Counted from the stretch's first letter, positions 26,436 to 37,085 are shown. The stretch is DNA of 39,017 nucleotides from an uncultured archaeon (GCA_902384455.1 CABMCB010000051.1:1-39017), one strand, 5' to 3'. The notes: generated by a model from the sequence alone, not told the origin. Translations and numbers: made by a program.

Positions 26436-27386
26436 ATGGGGGTTAATATAACTGTGGACGAAGACGTTGCGGCCCTTTCCAAGGAAATTAAGGAACTTAG
26501 GAAGAGGCGTGACGCCGTAATACTCGCCCACAACTACCAGCGCCCTGAAGTGATGGACGTCGCCGACTACATAGGCGACAGCCTGGGACTATCCCGGCAG
26601 GCGGCTGCTACGGACGCTAAAGTCATAGTTTTCTGCGGCGTAGACTTCATGGCCGAAACCGCAAGCATACTTAATCCGGGCAAGACAGTCCTGCATCCTG
26701 AGGCAGTAAGAAGTTGCTGTCCTATGGCGATGATGCTTACTGAAGACCAGGTGGTTGAGGCGAGAAAGGCGCATCCAAGCGCCGAGTTCGTCCTATACAT
26801 AAACAGCCACGCTAAGGTGAAGACGTACGCCGACTGGATTTGCACAAGCGGCAACGTATTGGACGTGGTCAAGCAGACGAAGTCCAAGACCGTTTTGTTC
26901 GGGCCGGACAAAAACATGGCTTACTACATACAAAAGAGGGTGCCCGAAAAGCAGATAATCACGGTTCCTTCTTTCGGCTTATGCCCCACCCACCACTTAA
27001 TCACCGGCCAGGACGTTGAGGCGGCAAGGAAGGCGTATCCAAACGCACTCCTCGTGGTTCACCCTGAATGCAGGCCCGAAGTACAGGATGCGGCCGATGC
27101 TATAGCAAGCACGGAAGGCATAGTCGGCTTCTGCAAAAAAAGCGCGCATAAGGAATTCATCATAGGCACAGAAAACGGCACACTCTACCGATTAGGCAAG
27201 GAGATGCCCGGAAAGAAGTTTTATCCCCTCTCCCAAAAAACTTATTGCCCCACAATGAAATCAATAACGCTCACCAAAGTAAGGGACTCGCTAATCAACA
27301 TGCGGCCTGCGGTTTCTGTGCCCGATGAAATACGAGAGAAGGCGTTGATTCCGCTTAAGCGCATGATGGCGCTTCCCAAGCCGTAA
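26436..27386 (+). CDS. nadA: Quinolinate synthase
   Basis: LAHNYQ, GDSL, FCGVDFMAET, CPMA, YINS, CPTH, HPEC, CPTMK. The start is ATG26436 or GTG26454. Confidence 0.97.
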   Translation: MGVNITVDEDVAALSKEIKELRKRRDAVILAHNYQRPEVMDVADYIGDSLGLSRQAAATDAKVIVFCGVDFMAETASILNPGKTVLHPEAVRSCCPMAMMLTEDQVVEARKAHPSAEFVLYINSHAKVKTYADWICTSGNVLDVVKQTKSKTVLFGPDKNMAYYIQKRVPEKQIITVPSFGLCPTHHLITGQDVEAARKAYPNALLVVHPECRPEVQDAADAIASTEGIVGFCKKSAHKEFIIGTENGTLYRLGKEMPGKKFYPLSQKTYCPTMKSITLTKVRDSLINMRPAVSVPDEIREKALIPLKRMMALPKP

Positions 27387-27398
27387 ACTTCCTGAAAA

Positions 27399-27812
27399 AT
27401 GAACCAACCTTACCGTAAACGAGCCGACTTCGAGCGGCAGTTGATTGGATTACTGTGGAAACACGGGTGGGCGGCCATGAGGGCTGCAGGCTCAGGTTCC
27501 ACCAAATGGAGTGTGCCGGACGTTTTGGCGGTGAAGAACGGCCGTGTTTTGGCTTTTGAGTGTAAGAGTACGACTAAGGACAGGTTGTCTCTTAAGGGTG
27601 CGGTTGAGGGGATTAAGGAGTTTTCGTATGTTTCTGGGGCGAAGACTTATCTTGCGGTTAAGTTCAATAGGGAGAAGCCGCGTTTTTACGACATAATCCA
27701 CCTTATTTTGGATGGGAATTACACTGTCAAGGACACTATGAAATATGAGACGCTGGAGACTGTTCTTGGAGTGCAGGGGACGCTAAAGGGGCATGAGGAG
27801 CCGGAAAATTAG
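27399..27812 (+). CDS. hjc: Archaeal Holliday junction resolvase
   Basis: FERQL, RAAGSG, PDVLA and FECKS (PD-(D/E)xK nuclease motif). Confidence 0.92.
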   Translation: MNQPYRKRADFERQLIGLLWKHGWAAMRAAGSGSTKWSVPDVLAVKNGRVLAFECKSTTKDRLSLKGAVEGIKEFSYVSGAKTYLAVKFNREKPRFYDIIHLILDGNYTVKDTMKYETLETVLGVQGTLKGHEEPEN

Positions 27813-28117
27813 AGGTTTCTCAGTTTTTCGGTCCAGTCATAGGCGGCTTTAGGGGAAAGGAGCACAAGTTTGACGCTTCCGCACGTGGGGCACCCGGTCG
27901 CGTCGCTTACGCAGTCTTCGCAGTGGATGCTTCCGCAGTTCTTGCAGTCGAAGAATGCGCGGCTGAAATTACGCTTGTTGAGGTCTTCGGGGTATGCGGT
28001 GACTGTCTCCCATTTGGCGCATCGTTCGCAGTCGGCTCTGACGAAAGAAACCTTGACTGAAGAGTCGACTCTTATGTTAGTCAGATTACCTGCGTCTTCA
28101 ACAACCGAGGCCATCAT
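27809..28117 (-). CDS. Small Cys-rich zinc-finger protein
   Basis: Four CxxC pairs (CERC, CKNC, CEDC, CPTC). The start is moved to ATG28117/28114 to avoid overlap with argS. Confidence 0.65.
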   Translation of the reverse strand: MMASVVEDAGNLTNIRVDSSVKVSFVRADCERCAKWETVTAYPEDLNKRNFSRAFFDCKNCGSIHCEDCVSDATGCPTCGSVKLVLLSPKAAYDWTEKLRNL

Positions 28118-28151
28118 AGTAATTATTGAACAATACTCATATTTAAGCGTT

Positions 28152-29861
28152 TCACATCTTTTGTGGCGCCGCAATGCCCAGCAAATCAAGCGCAGCCGTC
28201 AGCACAGTAAGCACCGCCTCAACGGTAAGTAACCTGCGTTCACGCACATCGGGCGCAGCATCCAAAACAGGACACTCCTTGTAGAACCGGCTGTACAACG
28301 AAGCCAACCTGTAAGCATACTGCGCTACTAAGTCCGGCCGCCTTTTTTCCGCCGCAGACGCGACTTCCATAGGGAAGAGGCTTAACTGCTTTATGAGTTC
28401 TTTCTCCTGTTGCGTCAGGTCGTAGCTTAATGCGTCGTAGTCCATGTTCTGCCTGACGTCAGCTTTCTCCAGTATCCGGCGGCTTCTTGCGCAGGCGTAC
28501 TGGATGTAAGGCGCTGAGTCTCCGTCGAAACTCAATGCTTCATCCCACTTGAAGCTTATGGGCTTGTTGGGGTTCTGCCTGACAAGATGATACTTAACTG
28601 CGCCGACCCCTATCAGAGAAGCGTCATCAACGTTTCCAATACCCCTCTTGCCAATTTCATCCGCCGCCTTGGCGTCCGCCTCATCCAAAAGCTGGTCGAC
28701 GCTTGCTATCTCTCCGCGGCGGGTGGAAAGGCCTGTTCCTTCGAAGTTTACGAAGCTGAAGTGGACGACTTCCATAGGAGTTGTGAAGTCGAAGACTTCT
28801 TTGAGTATGGTGGTGAGTTCCTTGAATTCAAGCTTGTGGTCTTCGCCCAACACGTTTATTATGCGGTCGCCGCGCGTCTTCTTGAACTGGTGGTAGGCGA
28901 TGTCGCGAGCCAAATAAACGCTTGTGCCGTCCTTGCGCGCAAGCACAGTCAAACCTCCGCCCTTCTCAATTCCAAACTCAGACAAATCCACGCCGAAACC
29001 AGTCTCGTTTTCAGCCGCAAAACGCGTCGTTTTGACCTTGTCGAGGACTTCTTTGACTGCGCCTGACGTCAAGTACTGGCTTTCGAAGTCGAATGCGTCA
29101 AAGACAAAGCCCATCCTGTTGAAGCTTTTTTTCTGCCCCTCAAGACAAGTGTGGGCAACATTCGTTATGGCGGAAAGCGCTTTGCCGTCTCCTGCCTCCG
29201 CCTTCTGAATAAGCTCCTGAACATGCTTGGCGAATTCGGGGTCCGCCTCAAATTTGCGGTTGGCTGCGACGTACTGGAAGAACGTTTTGAAGTCCTCTTT
29301 GCCTGCGTACTTCTCATACTTTTTAATCAAGTCGGCGTCAGGCGCAATCTCCTCTTTTTTGGCCAAAGCAATCAACGCCATCTGCTTGCCCACGTCATTA
29401 ACGTAATAACGCGTCTCAACCCTGAAACCAGAGTAAGAAAGCACCCTTCTTAAGCTGTCGCCAATAACGCTGTTCCTAAGGCGGCCAACATGCACAGGCC
29501 CCGAAGGATTAACGCTCGTATGCTCCAAAACAACACGCTCCTCAGAATCAACAAGAGGCCTGCCATACTCTAAACCGCGCACTTTGACGTCCTTAAGAAC
29601 CGCCTTGGCGAAAACAGGGTAATTGAGTGTGAAATTGACGTACCCTCCTTCAGCGTGAACTGAAGCGACGAATCCGGCCGGATTTACCTTCTTTGCGGCC
29701 TCGTCTGCTATGTCCTGCGGCGGCTTCTTAAGTTCCTTAGATAGTCTGAACGCGAACGAAGCGGCGACGTCAGCGCGGGCGGACAAGCCGACTTCATCCT
29801 CCCTTACGTCGTACCCAGCCTCCCTTAAGGCCCTAACTACCTCCTCCAACGCCCGCTTCAT
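28152..29861 (-). CDS. argS: Arginine--tRNA ligase
   Basis: EHTSVNPSGPVHVGRLRN (HIGH-like), YYVNDVG, RDIAYH, LSTRRG, APYIQYA, FYKECPVL, C-terminal PQKM. Confidence 0.98.
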   Translation of the reverse strand: MKRALEEVVRALREAGYDVREDEVGLSARADVAASFAFRLSKELKKPPQDIADEAAKKVNPAGFVASVHAEGGYVNFTLNYPVFAKAVLKDVKVRGLEYGRPLVDSEERVVLEHTSVNPSGPVHVGRLRNSVIGDSLRRVLSYSGFRVETRYYVNDVGKQMALIALAKKEEIAPDADLIKKYEKYAGKEDFKTFFQYVAANRKFEADPEFAKHVQELIQKAEAGDGKALSAITNVAHTCLEGQKKSFNRMGFVFDAFDFESQYLTSGAVKEVLDKVKTTRFAAENETGFGVDLSEFGIEKGGGLTVLARKDGTSVYLARDIAYHQFKKTRGDRIINVLGEDHKLEFKELTTILKEVFDFTTPMEVVHFSFVNFEGTGLSTRRGEIASVDQLLDEADAKAADEIGKRGIGNVDDASLIGVGAVKYHLVRQNPNKPISFKWDEALSFDGDSAPYIQYACARSRRILEKADVRQNMDYDALSYDLTQQEKELIKQLSLFPMEVASAAEKRRPDLVAQYAYRLASLYSRFYKECPVLDAAPDVRERRLLTVEAVLTVLTAALDLLGIAAPQKM

Positions 29862-29998
29862 TATGGTCGTATATTCTCAGAAGCCACATAATAATATGCG
29901 TCCAGACGCCCTCCGCCAACGACTCCAGCAGCGCCGCTCACTTGGCCCTCAATAGGCCGATTTTAAGCAATGGCGGTCAATAAACCTTCAGTTGCCGC

Positions 29999-32900
29999 AT
30001 GGACTTCGTCGAAAAAGCTAAACTCTCTATCCTTCTAAAGGAAGGCGACAGCCTGCTATCCAAGGGGAACCTAGCTGACGCCATAAAAAGGTACACTGAG
30101 GCGGTGCCCGCTCTGCAGAAGGCAGGGGAAAAAGAAAAGGTCGCCCACTACCTGCGGCGGATAGGCGAATGCTACACTAAGATGGAGCACCACCGCGTAG
30201 AAGAAAAGCTGGCCGACTACCAGCGCGCGGAAGAGTACTACGTCCAAGCCGGCGAAATGTATGCTCAACTGGGCAAGATGCAGGTGGCGGGGGAATGCTT
30301 TGAGGATGCTGCCCAAAGCTACGAGAAACTGGGGAAGTTCCAGAACGTCGCAAGCCTTTATGCCCGCTCAGCGGTCATGTTCGTAAGCTCCAACGACATA
30401 TACTCAGCCACCTCGGCATTCAACCTAGCAGCGCAATACTTCGAGAAAGCAGGCGACATGCAGGCCGCAGCCGACACGTATTTGAAGGCGGCAGTCATGA
30501 ACTCCAAAGCGAACGAGCCAAGCACCGCCCGCCTCAACTACCTCAAGGCGGCAACCGCGTTCGACCAGCTGCGCCAGTGGAGTCCGGCAGTCGACGCCTA
30601 CGCGAGTGCCGCAAGCATAGACTTGGAAATCCGCAACTACGACGAAGTCGCAGACACTTACGACCACATGGCCGAAGACTACGGCAAACTAAACAAGCTC
30701 GAAGACGCCCTCTACTACCATGAGGAAGCAGCTAAAATACGCTTCAGTAACCACGAGTACGAAAAGGCCGCAGAAAGCTACTTCGCGTCGGCAGCGCTGG
30801 AAAAAGAGAGAGGAATCTACGATAGGGCGCTGTTCTACTACAAGGAGGCGGCCAAAATATTCATGGAAGCCCACAGCACCAAAAAAGTCGGAGAATGCTA
30901 CCTCCACATGGCCGAAGTTATGTCTTCCCAGTCCAAGCCGGTGGAAGCCGCCAGCTACTTCATGGATGCGGCCAAACAGTTCGATATCGCCAAGGAAAGA
31001 AACAGCGCCATTGTCGCGTATAAGGATGCGGTAAAGACTTATCTTGTCGCCTCACGTAAGCTCATCTCAGAGCACAATCTTGACGAGGCTGCGTTGATGC
31101 TTAAGGCTGCGGCCGAGGGGTATGTTGAGCTTAAGGATTTTCCTGTCGCGGCGTTGACTTACAACGAGTACGGAGAGGTCCTTTTCGCCCAGAAGAAAAC
31201 AGCCGAATCCAACGCGGCGTTCATTTTGTCCGCGAACACCTACATCAAGGCGGAATTGTTTGGCGACGCAGCAGACTCTTTTGTCAAAGCGGGCGCACAC
31301 GAAAAAGCCGGCGAATACTTCGTAAAAAACGCGGAAATCCAGGAGAAAAAAGGCGTTTTGGTGGAGGCAGGGGATTCGTACCGAAAAGCCGCTCGCTGCT
31401 ACAATCAGCTTAAGGATGAGGTGCGGCGGTCGCAGAGCTATGAAAAGGCGATAAGCGCGTACGAGCATTACACCAATAAAAACCGCAAGCTTGAAGGCAA
31501 AAGCGACGGTGAGCTGCGCGTGTTCGGCAACGCCGCCAATCACGCGGGGGAATGCGAGTGGGACGTTTCGGACGTCAGGAAAGCCAAAGAATTCTTTGAG
31601 AAGGCGATTGAGGCGTTCGAGCTCATCAAGGAAAAAACTGAAGTTCAAATCGAACTGGGCCGCTCCAAAGCCATGCTGAAGAAAGCCGACGCGGTGATAC
31701 TAATCGAACGTGGCGAATACCCCGGCGCAGGCGAAATGCTTGAGGAATCAAAGAAAATCATGGAGAACGTGATAGCGGAAATCAACGCCAGCAGAGCGTA
31801 CAAAGAATACCTGACGGAACACAAGAAAGACATTGAGCGTACTCTAAGAAAGATAGAGCTGAAGCCCGACGTCGTCGTCATAACCGACGGCAGAGCCTAC
31901 ACATTCCCCAACATGCTGGTGGTAGTCAACATCCGCATAAAAAACGAAAGCCAGTACACAATCCAGAAAATATCCTTCCTCTCCAACGTGCCAGAGCAAA
32001 TAAAGCTGAACAACCTCCCCTCCCAGATACAGAAGCTGGAGTCAGGCAATCAAATACGCCTATACATGGAAATAACCCCACTCCAAAAAGGAGAATACAG
32101 AATAAAGCCGGTCGAAGTGTTCTACGAAGACAACGACGGCAACAAATACGTAAAAGCCAGCAACGAAATGACGTTGGAAGTGGAGGAACGCCCGCAATCC
32201 GACTTCAAAAACTACCGCATAGCAGTAGAAACATTCCTAAAATACGCCCGCACAAACGAAGCAAACGGCAACCTATACTTCGCAGCCGAAGGATACCGCG
32301 AAGCCGCCGAAACATACGGAAAATTCAATAAAGACGACGTGCTCGACGCCTACTACCAAAAAGCAATCGACACGTTCGTCTCATTCTACAACGAAGCCAA
32401 AGACGAACGCGAAGACCCCATAAAAGTGAAACGCCTAGGAGACGCACTAAGGTCTACGGCCGAATGCTGCAGGGGACTGGGAGACCACCAGAAAGCCCGC
32501 GAATTCTTCAAACAGGCGCTCGACTTGTACCAAAGCGCCAGAGTCAGCGACAGCATCACCCTCACCCAAGCCTTCGTATACAAGGAGGATGCGACGATAC
32601 AAATCGACCACGGCGACTACGAGAGCGCCAAACAAAGCCTCAACCAAAGCCTCAGCCTATTCCAGGAAACCATAATACACGGCGGCTGGGTGCTGGATTA
32701 CATAAAATACCTGGAGAAAAACGTCGATGAAATAAGGCTCCAGCTGGAGAAAATGAAGGCGCGGCCAGACGTCTCGCTCACCGTGGAGGAGCCTCTTCCG
32801 GCGAAAGCAGGCGACAAGATATCGCTCACAGTCCAAGTATCCAATCCAGGCACCGAGCCGATAAAATCCCTCAAGTTCATACCTCAACTCCCCAGCAGCT

Positions 32901-34003
32901 TCCAAGTAATACAGATGCCATCCGCCCTGCCTGAACTGAGGCCAGGGGAAAGGCGGACGATAACTTTCGCAGTGTCCTCAGAAAAACAGGGGACTTACCC
33001 GCTTAAGCCGCTGAACATGACTTATGAAGACTCAAAAAAGTCGTCTTACATACTGGGAAGCAACGAAGTCACATTCGCAATAACAACAGGAACGCAACCC
33101 CAGCAGGCCGCCGCACAACCGCACGCCCCACTCGCAATAGCGCAAAAAGCCGAGCCAGACGGGGAAGTCGAATTCGCCGTCACCCAACCCGCAGCATTAG
33201 TTGCAAACCAAACAACAGCAATCAAAGGCTCAGTGAAAAACCTCAGGAAAGGAATAATAACCGGCGTAAGATTCATAGCCGTAACCCCATCCCAAATAAG
33301 AGTCGACGGCACACCCCCCGAAATCAAGGAAATGCAGCCGGACTCAACCGCAGAAATAGAACTCACAATCACGCCGCTCGAAACAGGAGAATACACCTTC
33401 GTACCACTCGAAATGTTCTACCACGACCAACACGGCGACCGCTACTTCAAAGCCAGCAACGAAATACAGACGACAATAACAAACCCCGAAAAAGAAGAAA
33501 AAAAGGAAGAAATAAAACACGCAGGCCCCACAATGCCGCCGCTCGAAGACGGAGTCACATACCTAGCCAAAGAAGACCACATGGCCATAAGCATCAAAGC
33601 ATTCATATCCGAAGTAGAACGAAAACACACACCCCTACTCATAACCCGCCAAAACCCCAAAAGAATCAAAGACGACTACGGCCTCAAAGAAGAGGAAATA
33701 ATGTGGCTGACTGACGTCGGAGAAGGAAGGCGCATAATACACCCCAACATAGAGGACGTGTCGCTGCTAATAGAGAAATTCATAGAAAAAAACCCGCAAG
33801 GCGTAGTACTGCTGGAAGGCCTCGAGTACCTGATAACGGCCAACGAATTCCCCCCGATACTCAACCTGATACAGCACCTAAGAGACACGGTGTCGACGAC
33901 TCAGGCGCGGCTGATATTTTTAGTCAACCCGCAAGTCCTAGACCCCACCCAAGTAAAGGGCCTAGAGCGGGAATGCCGTATTTTAGAGCAAAAACCAAAA
34001 TAA
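29999..34003 (+). CDS. Large cytoplasmic protein: alpha-SNAP-like TPR repeats, three BatD-like Ig domains and a C-terminal DUF835 (inactive KaiC-like) domain
   Basis: Recurrent AxxxYxxAA helices. GxYxxxP[VL]xxxYxD...SNE occurs three times. The C-terminus reads LLITRQNP...IMWLT...VVLLEGLEYL...NEF...LRD...LERE from about 33551. No signal peptide or TM helix. Confidence 0.85.
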   Translation: MDFVEKAKLSILLKEGDSLLSKGNLADAIKRYTEAVPALQKAGEKEKVAHYLRRIGECYTKMEHHRVEEKLADYQRAEEYYVQAGEMYAQLGKMQVAGECFEDAAQSYEKLGKFQNVASLYARSAVMFVSSNDIYSATSAFNLAAQYFEKAGDMQAAADTYLKAAVMNSKANEPSTARLNYLKAATAFDQLRQWSPAVDAYASAASIDLEIRNYDEVADTYDHMAEDYGKLNKLEDALYYHEEAAKIRFSNHEYEKAAESYFASAALEKERGIYDRALFYYKEAAKIFMEAHSTKKVGECYLHMAEVMSSQSKPVEAASYFMDAAKQFDIAKERNSAIVAYKDAVKTYLVASRKLISEHNLDEAALMLKAAAEGYVELKDFPVAALTYNEYGEVLFAQKKTAESNAAFILSANTYIKAELFGDAADSFVKAGAHEKAGEYFVKNAEIQEKKGVLVEAGDSYRKAARCYNQLKDEVRRSQSYEKAISAYEHYTNKNRKLEGKSDGELRVFGNAANHAGECEWDVSDVRKAKEFFEKAIEAFELIKEKTEVQIELGRSKAMLKKADAVILIERGEYPGAGEMLEESKKIMENVIAEINASRAYKEYLTEHKKDIERTLRKIELKPDVVVITDGRAYTFPNMLVVVNIRIKNESQYTIQKISFLSNVPEQIKLNNLPSQIQKLESGNQIRLYMEITPLQKGEYRIKPVEVFYEDNDGNKYVKASNEMTLEVEERPQSDFKNYRIAVETFLKYARTNEANGNLYFAAEGYREAAETYGKFNKDDVLDAYYQKAIDTFVSFYNEAKDEREDPIKVKRLGDALRSTAECCRGLGDHQKAREFFKQALDLYQSARVSDSITLTQAFVYKEDATIQIDHGDYESAKQSLNQSLSLFQETIIHGGWVLDYIKYLEKNVDEIRLQLEKMKARPDVSLTVEEPLPAKAGDKISLTVQVSNPGTEPIKSLKFIPQLPSSFQVIQMPSALPELRPGERRTITFAVSSEKQGTYPLKPLNMTYEDSKKSSYILGSNEVTFAITTGTQPQQAAAQPHAPLAIAQKAEPDGEVEFAVTQPAALVANQTTAIKGSVKNLRKGIITGVRFIAVTPSQIRVDGTPPEIKEMQPDSTAEIELTITPLETGEYTFVPLEMFYHDQHGDRYFKASNEIQTTITNPEKEEKKEEIKHAGPTMPPLEDGVTYLAKEDHMAISIKAFISEVERKHTPLLITRQNPKRIKDDYGLKEEEIMWLTDVGEGRRIIHPNIEDVSLLIEKFIEKNPQGVVLLEGLEYLITANEFPPILNLIQHLRDTVSTTQARLIFLVNPQVLDPTQVKGLERECRILEQKPK

Positions 34004-34021
34004 AAACCGGTGAAATAAAGC

Positions 34022-34972
34022 ATGCCACTCCAACGCGACAAAGACGTCACACAACAGTTCAGGCAACTATACGACGAAGTCCACAAAAGAGTCATCGGCC
34101 AGGAAGAAGTGATTCAACTTCTGATAAACGCCATTTTCACGGGTGGACATATTCTGCTCGAGTCCGTTCCGGGCCTAGGTAAGACCGTAGTCACCAAAGC
34201 CGTCTCAGACACGATGGAAATGAAGTTCACGCGCGTCCAATGCACGCCGGACGTCACAGCCTCAGACCTCATGGGCCGCGTAGACTGGAACCCCGAAAAA
34301 AAGGAATACGAAATAATACGGGGCGCAGTATTCACCAACCTGCTACTCATGGACGAAATAAACCGAGCCCAACCAAAAACACAGTCCGCAATGCTCGAAG
34401 CAATGGAAGAAATGCAAGTAACACTAGGCGGCCAAAGCTACCCGCTGCCCCAGCCATTCACAGTACTTGCCACCCAAAACCCCGTAGAACAATCAGGAAC
34501 AAACCCGCTGCCAGAAGCACAAGCCGACAGATTCCTATACAAAGTCACAGTAAACTACCTCACCGCAGAACAAGAAGTCCAGATGCTGAAGGCCAAGAAA
34601 AAGACGTCTGAACCCCTGAAAAAAATATTCAACCCCGCCGAAGTCCTCATAATCCGCGACGAAATCAAAAACAACGTCACAGTAAGCGACGACATCCTAG
34701 ACTACATAGTCCGGATAGTCAACGGAACAAGAACACGCCGCGAAGTCCAAACCGGAGGAAGCCCCAGAGCCACAGTCGCACTATTCAAAGGAGGACAAAC
34801 CAAAGCATTCCTCGAAGGCCGCGACTACGTAACGGTGAAAGACATCCAAGAGCTCGCCTTCCCCATACTGCGCCACCGCATAATACTCAACCCAGACAGC
34901 AGAGACTTCGGCGTCACAACAGACGACATAATCGCCAAAGTACTTGAGCACACGGAAGCGCCAGTACAGTAA
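34022..34972 (+). CDS. moxR: MoxR-family AAA+ ATPase (paralog 3)
   Basis: GHILLESVPGLGKT, RVQCTPD, DEINRAQPKTQSAMLE, ATQNP, LPEAQADRF, GSPRA, LRHRI. Confidence 0.95.
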   Translation: MPLQRDKDVTQQFRQLYDEVHKRVIGQEEVIQLLINAIFTGGHILLESVPGLGKTVVTKAVSDTMEMKFTRVQCTPDVTASDLMGRVDWNPEKKEYEIIRGAVFTNLLLMDEINRAQPKTQSAMLEAMEEMQVTLGGQSYPLPQPFTVLATQNPVEQSGTNPLPEAQADRFLYKVTVNYLTAEQEVQMLKAKKKTSEPLKKIFNPAEVLIIRDEIKNNVTVSDDILDYIVRIVNGTRTRREVQTGGSPRATVALFKGGQTKAFLEGRDYVTVKDIQELAFPILRHRIILNPDSRDFGVTTDDIIAKVLEHTEAPVQ

Positions 34973-34987
34973 ATCACGACACAAAAA

Positions 34988-37075
34988 ATGCATCTTCACA
35001 GACACATCCCAATCGCCATAATACTGGCTTTGGCCATAGCCCACACGGCTTCAGCGCAATCCTCAACGTCATCATTCGAAAAAGCCCTAACCCTGGAATG
35101 GTACTACCAAGCAAACGGCACGGCAACAGGACTAGGCGCAGTAGACGTCAACGGCGACGGCCCGCCTGAAATAGCCGCATCATACGACAGCAGCGACATA
35201 ATAATACTCGACCGCTACGGCCACTACAAGACGAATTACAGCGTCGGCGAAGTCAAGGACGTGGGGAGGATATACGACCTCAAGGTAGTCGACGTAAACG
35301 GCGACGGCAAAAACGAGATAATAGCTGCGTTGGGCGCCTTAAGATACAAAGTTAAGTACAATCTGAACCAATTCAAGAACGTTGATAACCGGACAGTAGA
35401 GTTAATCCGCAAATCCCTCTACGAAATAGACCATAACTTAGGCGGCATAACAGTGCTGAAGCCGACCGGCGAAATCTTGTGGCACGTTCAGACGGAACAG
35501 AGCGTGAATGCCATATCAACATCAGACGTCTACCACACCCAAGAACAACACCTGCTGGCGGCACTAGGCGCATTCCAAAAAGACACATACAACGAATACA
35601 AAGGAGTCGACATAAACGGCACTGAAATCTGGAACCTCACCGACTACGTACTCCAAAACGGCAGCTTCGAGCTCTACGACTCCAAAGGCACGCTAAACAC
35701 ATCCCGCTACATATACCTCGTAGACCAAAACAAATACCTGATTGAAGGCGCCAACAACAACGTAAGAAGCGTGCTCGCCGCAGACATAAACGGCGACGGC
35801 GTCGCAGAATTCCTAGCAGGCACAGAAGCAGGCACACTATACGCATACAACAACTCAAACGGATTCACATGGTCTCAAGCAGTCGGAGGAAGCGTCCGAG
35901 TACTATCCGCAGCAGACCTAACCAAAGACGACGGACAAGAAATAGTCGCAGGAACAAGCAACGGCCAACTAGCACTATTCACAAGCAAAGGAAAACTCAT
36001 ATGGCAGACCCGCCTGCCCGGCGTCATATCAAGCCTCACAATCCAAGACATAGACGGCAACGAAATAACCGACATAGTCGTAGGATGCGGCGACGGATAC
36101 ATATACGTCTACGACGGACTAGGAAACCTAGCATGGAAATTCTACACCGGATCACCCATACACCGCCTAATAACAGGAGACTTCAACGAAAACGGATACG
36201 CAGACATAATCATAGCAACCAAAGGCAACATCACAATGTACGAAGTAAACAACCTATACGTACAACGCGAACAAGCCAACACATTCTACGACAAAGCAAT
36301 AGAATACTCAAACGCCCAAGACTACGTCGTAGCCCTAATATACGCCCAAAGAGCCCGCTCAATATACGAACGCATAGGCCTAACAGAAAACCTACCCAAA
36401 ACCGACATACTAATAAAAAGCATCACAGAAGACCTAAAATCCGAGAAAAAACTCTCCGGCGAATACAACTACGAACACGCCCTAAACTACTTCTCCCAAA
36501 ACGACTACCGCACATCACAAACATACGCCCAAAGAGCACTATCAATATTCACCGAAATAGGCGACACAGACGGCCAAAACAAAGTCAACCGCCTGCTCTC
36601 GCAGATAGACGACGAACTGCGCTTATTCCGGAAGACGGAGGCGGACGGGCTGTACTCTAGGGCATTAAGCTACAACAGCTTCTCCAACTACAGCGGCGCC
36701 GTAATACTCTCAAGGAAAGCCCGCGACATATACGACGAGATAAATGAGACAAACGGCTCCATAACATGCAACGCACTAATAGGGCAGATAGGCGACACTT
36801 TCTACCTTAAGGCGCTGCAGAACTACAACCTGACCGACTACCAAACCGCATTATTCTACGCCAACCAAAGCTACTCCCTCTACGTCGAAGTCCAATATTG
36901 GCCTCAAAGCGGGAAGGCAGAAGCGTTAATGAAGGACATAGTCGCGGCGATGAACAAGCCGCAGGTTCAGGAGCAGCCAAGCAAGCTGCCTCTGGTGGCG
37001 GTGGCTGTAATCGCAGTGGTTGTCATATTAGCGGTCGTAAAGACCAGAAAACGCAGCAGTAAACCCGTAATGTAG
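34988..37075 (+). CDS. Secreted FG-GAP/PQQ-like beta-propeller protein with TPR-like helical stalk and C-terminal TM anchor
   Basis: Signal peptide ending ASA-Q. Ca-loop-like motifs DVNGDG (twice), DINGDG, DLTKDDG, DIDGNE and DFNENG. Four helical repeats YxxAL...YxxA...A. TM helix LPLVAVAVIAVVVILAVV followed by KTRKR. Confidence 0.85.
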   Translation: MHLHRHIPIAIILALAIAHTASAQSSTSSFEKALTLEWYYQANGTATGLGAVDVNGDGPPEIAASYDSSDIIILDRYGHYKTNYSVGEVKDVGRIYDLKVVDVNGDGKNEIIAALGALRYKVKYNLNQFKNVDNRTVELIRKSLYEIDHNLGGITVLKPTGEILWHVQTEQSVNAISTSDVYHTQEQHLLAALGAFQKDTYNEYKGVDINGTEIWNLTDYVLQNGSFELYDSKGTLNTSRYIYLVDQNKYLIEGANNNVRSVLAADINGDGVAEFLAGTEAGTLYAYNNSNGFTWSQAVGGSVRVLSAADLTKDDGQEIVAGTSNGQLALFTSKGKLIWQTRLPGVISSLTIQDIDGNEITDIVVGCGDGYIYVYDGLGNLAWKFYTGSPIHRLITGDFNENGYADIIIATKGNITMYEVNNLYVQREQANTFYDKAIEYSNAQDYVVALIYAQRARSIYERIGLTENLPKTDILIKSITEDLKSEKKLSGEYNYEHALNYFSQNDYRTSQTYAQRALSIFTEIGDTDGQNKVNRLLSQIDDELRLFRKTEADGLYSRALSYNSFSNYSGAVILSRKARDIYDEINETNGSITCNALIGQIGDTFYLKALQNYNLTDYQTALFYANQSYSLYVEVQYWPQSGKAEALMKDIVAAMNKPQVQEQPSKLPLVAVAVIAVVVILAVVKTRKRSSKPVM

Positions 37076-37085
37076 CCTCTCCCTC

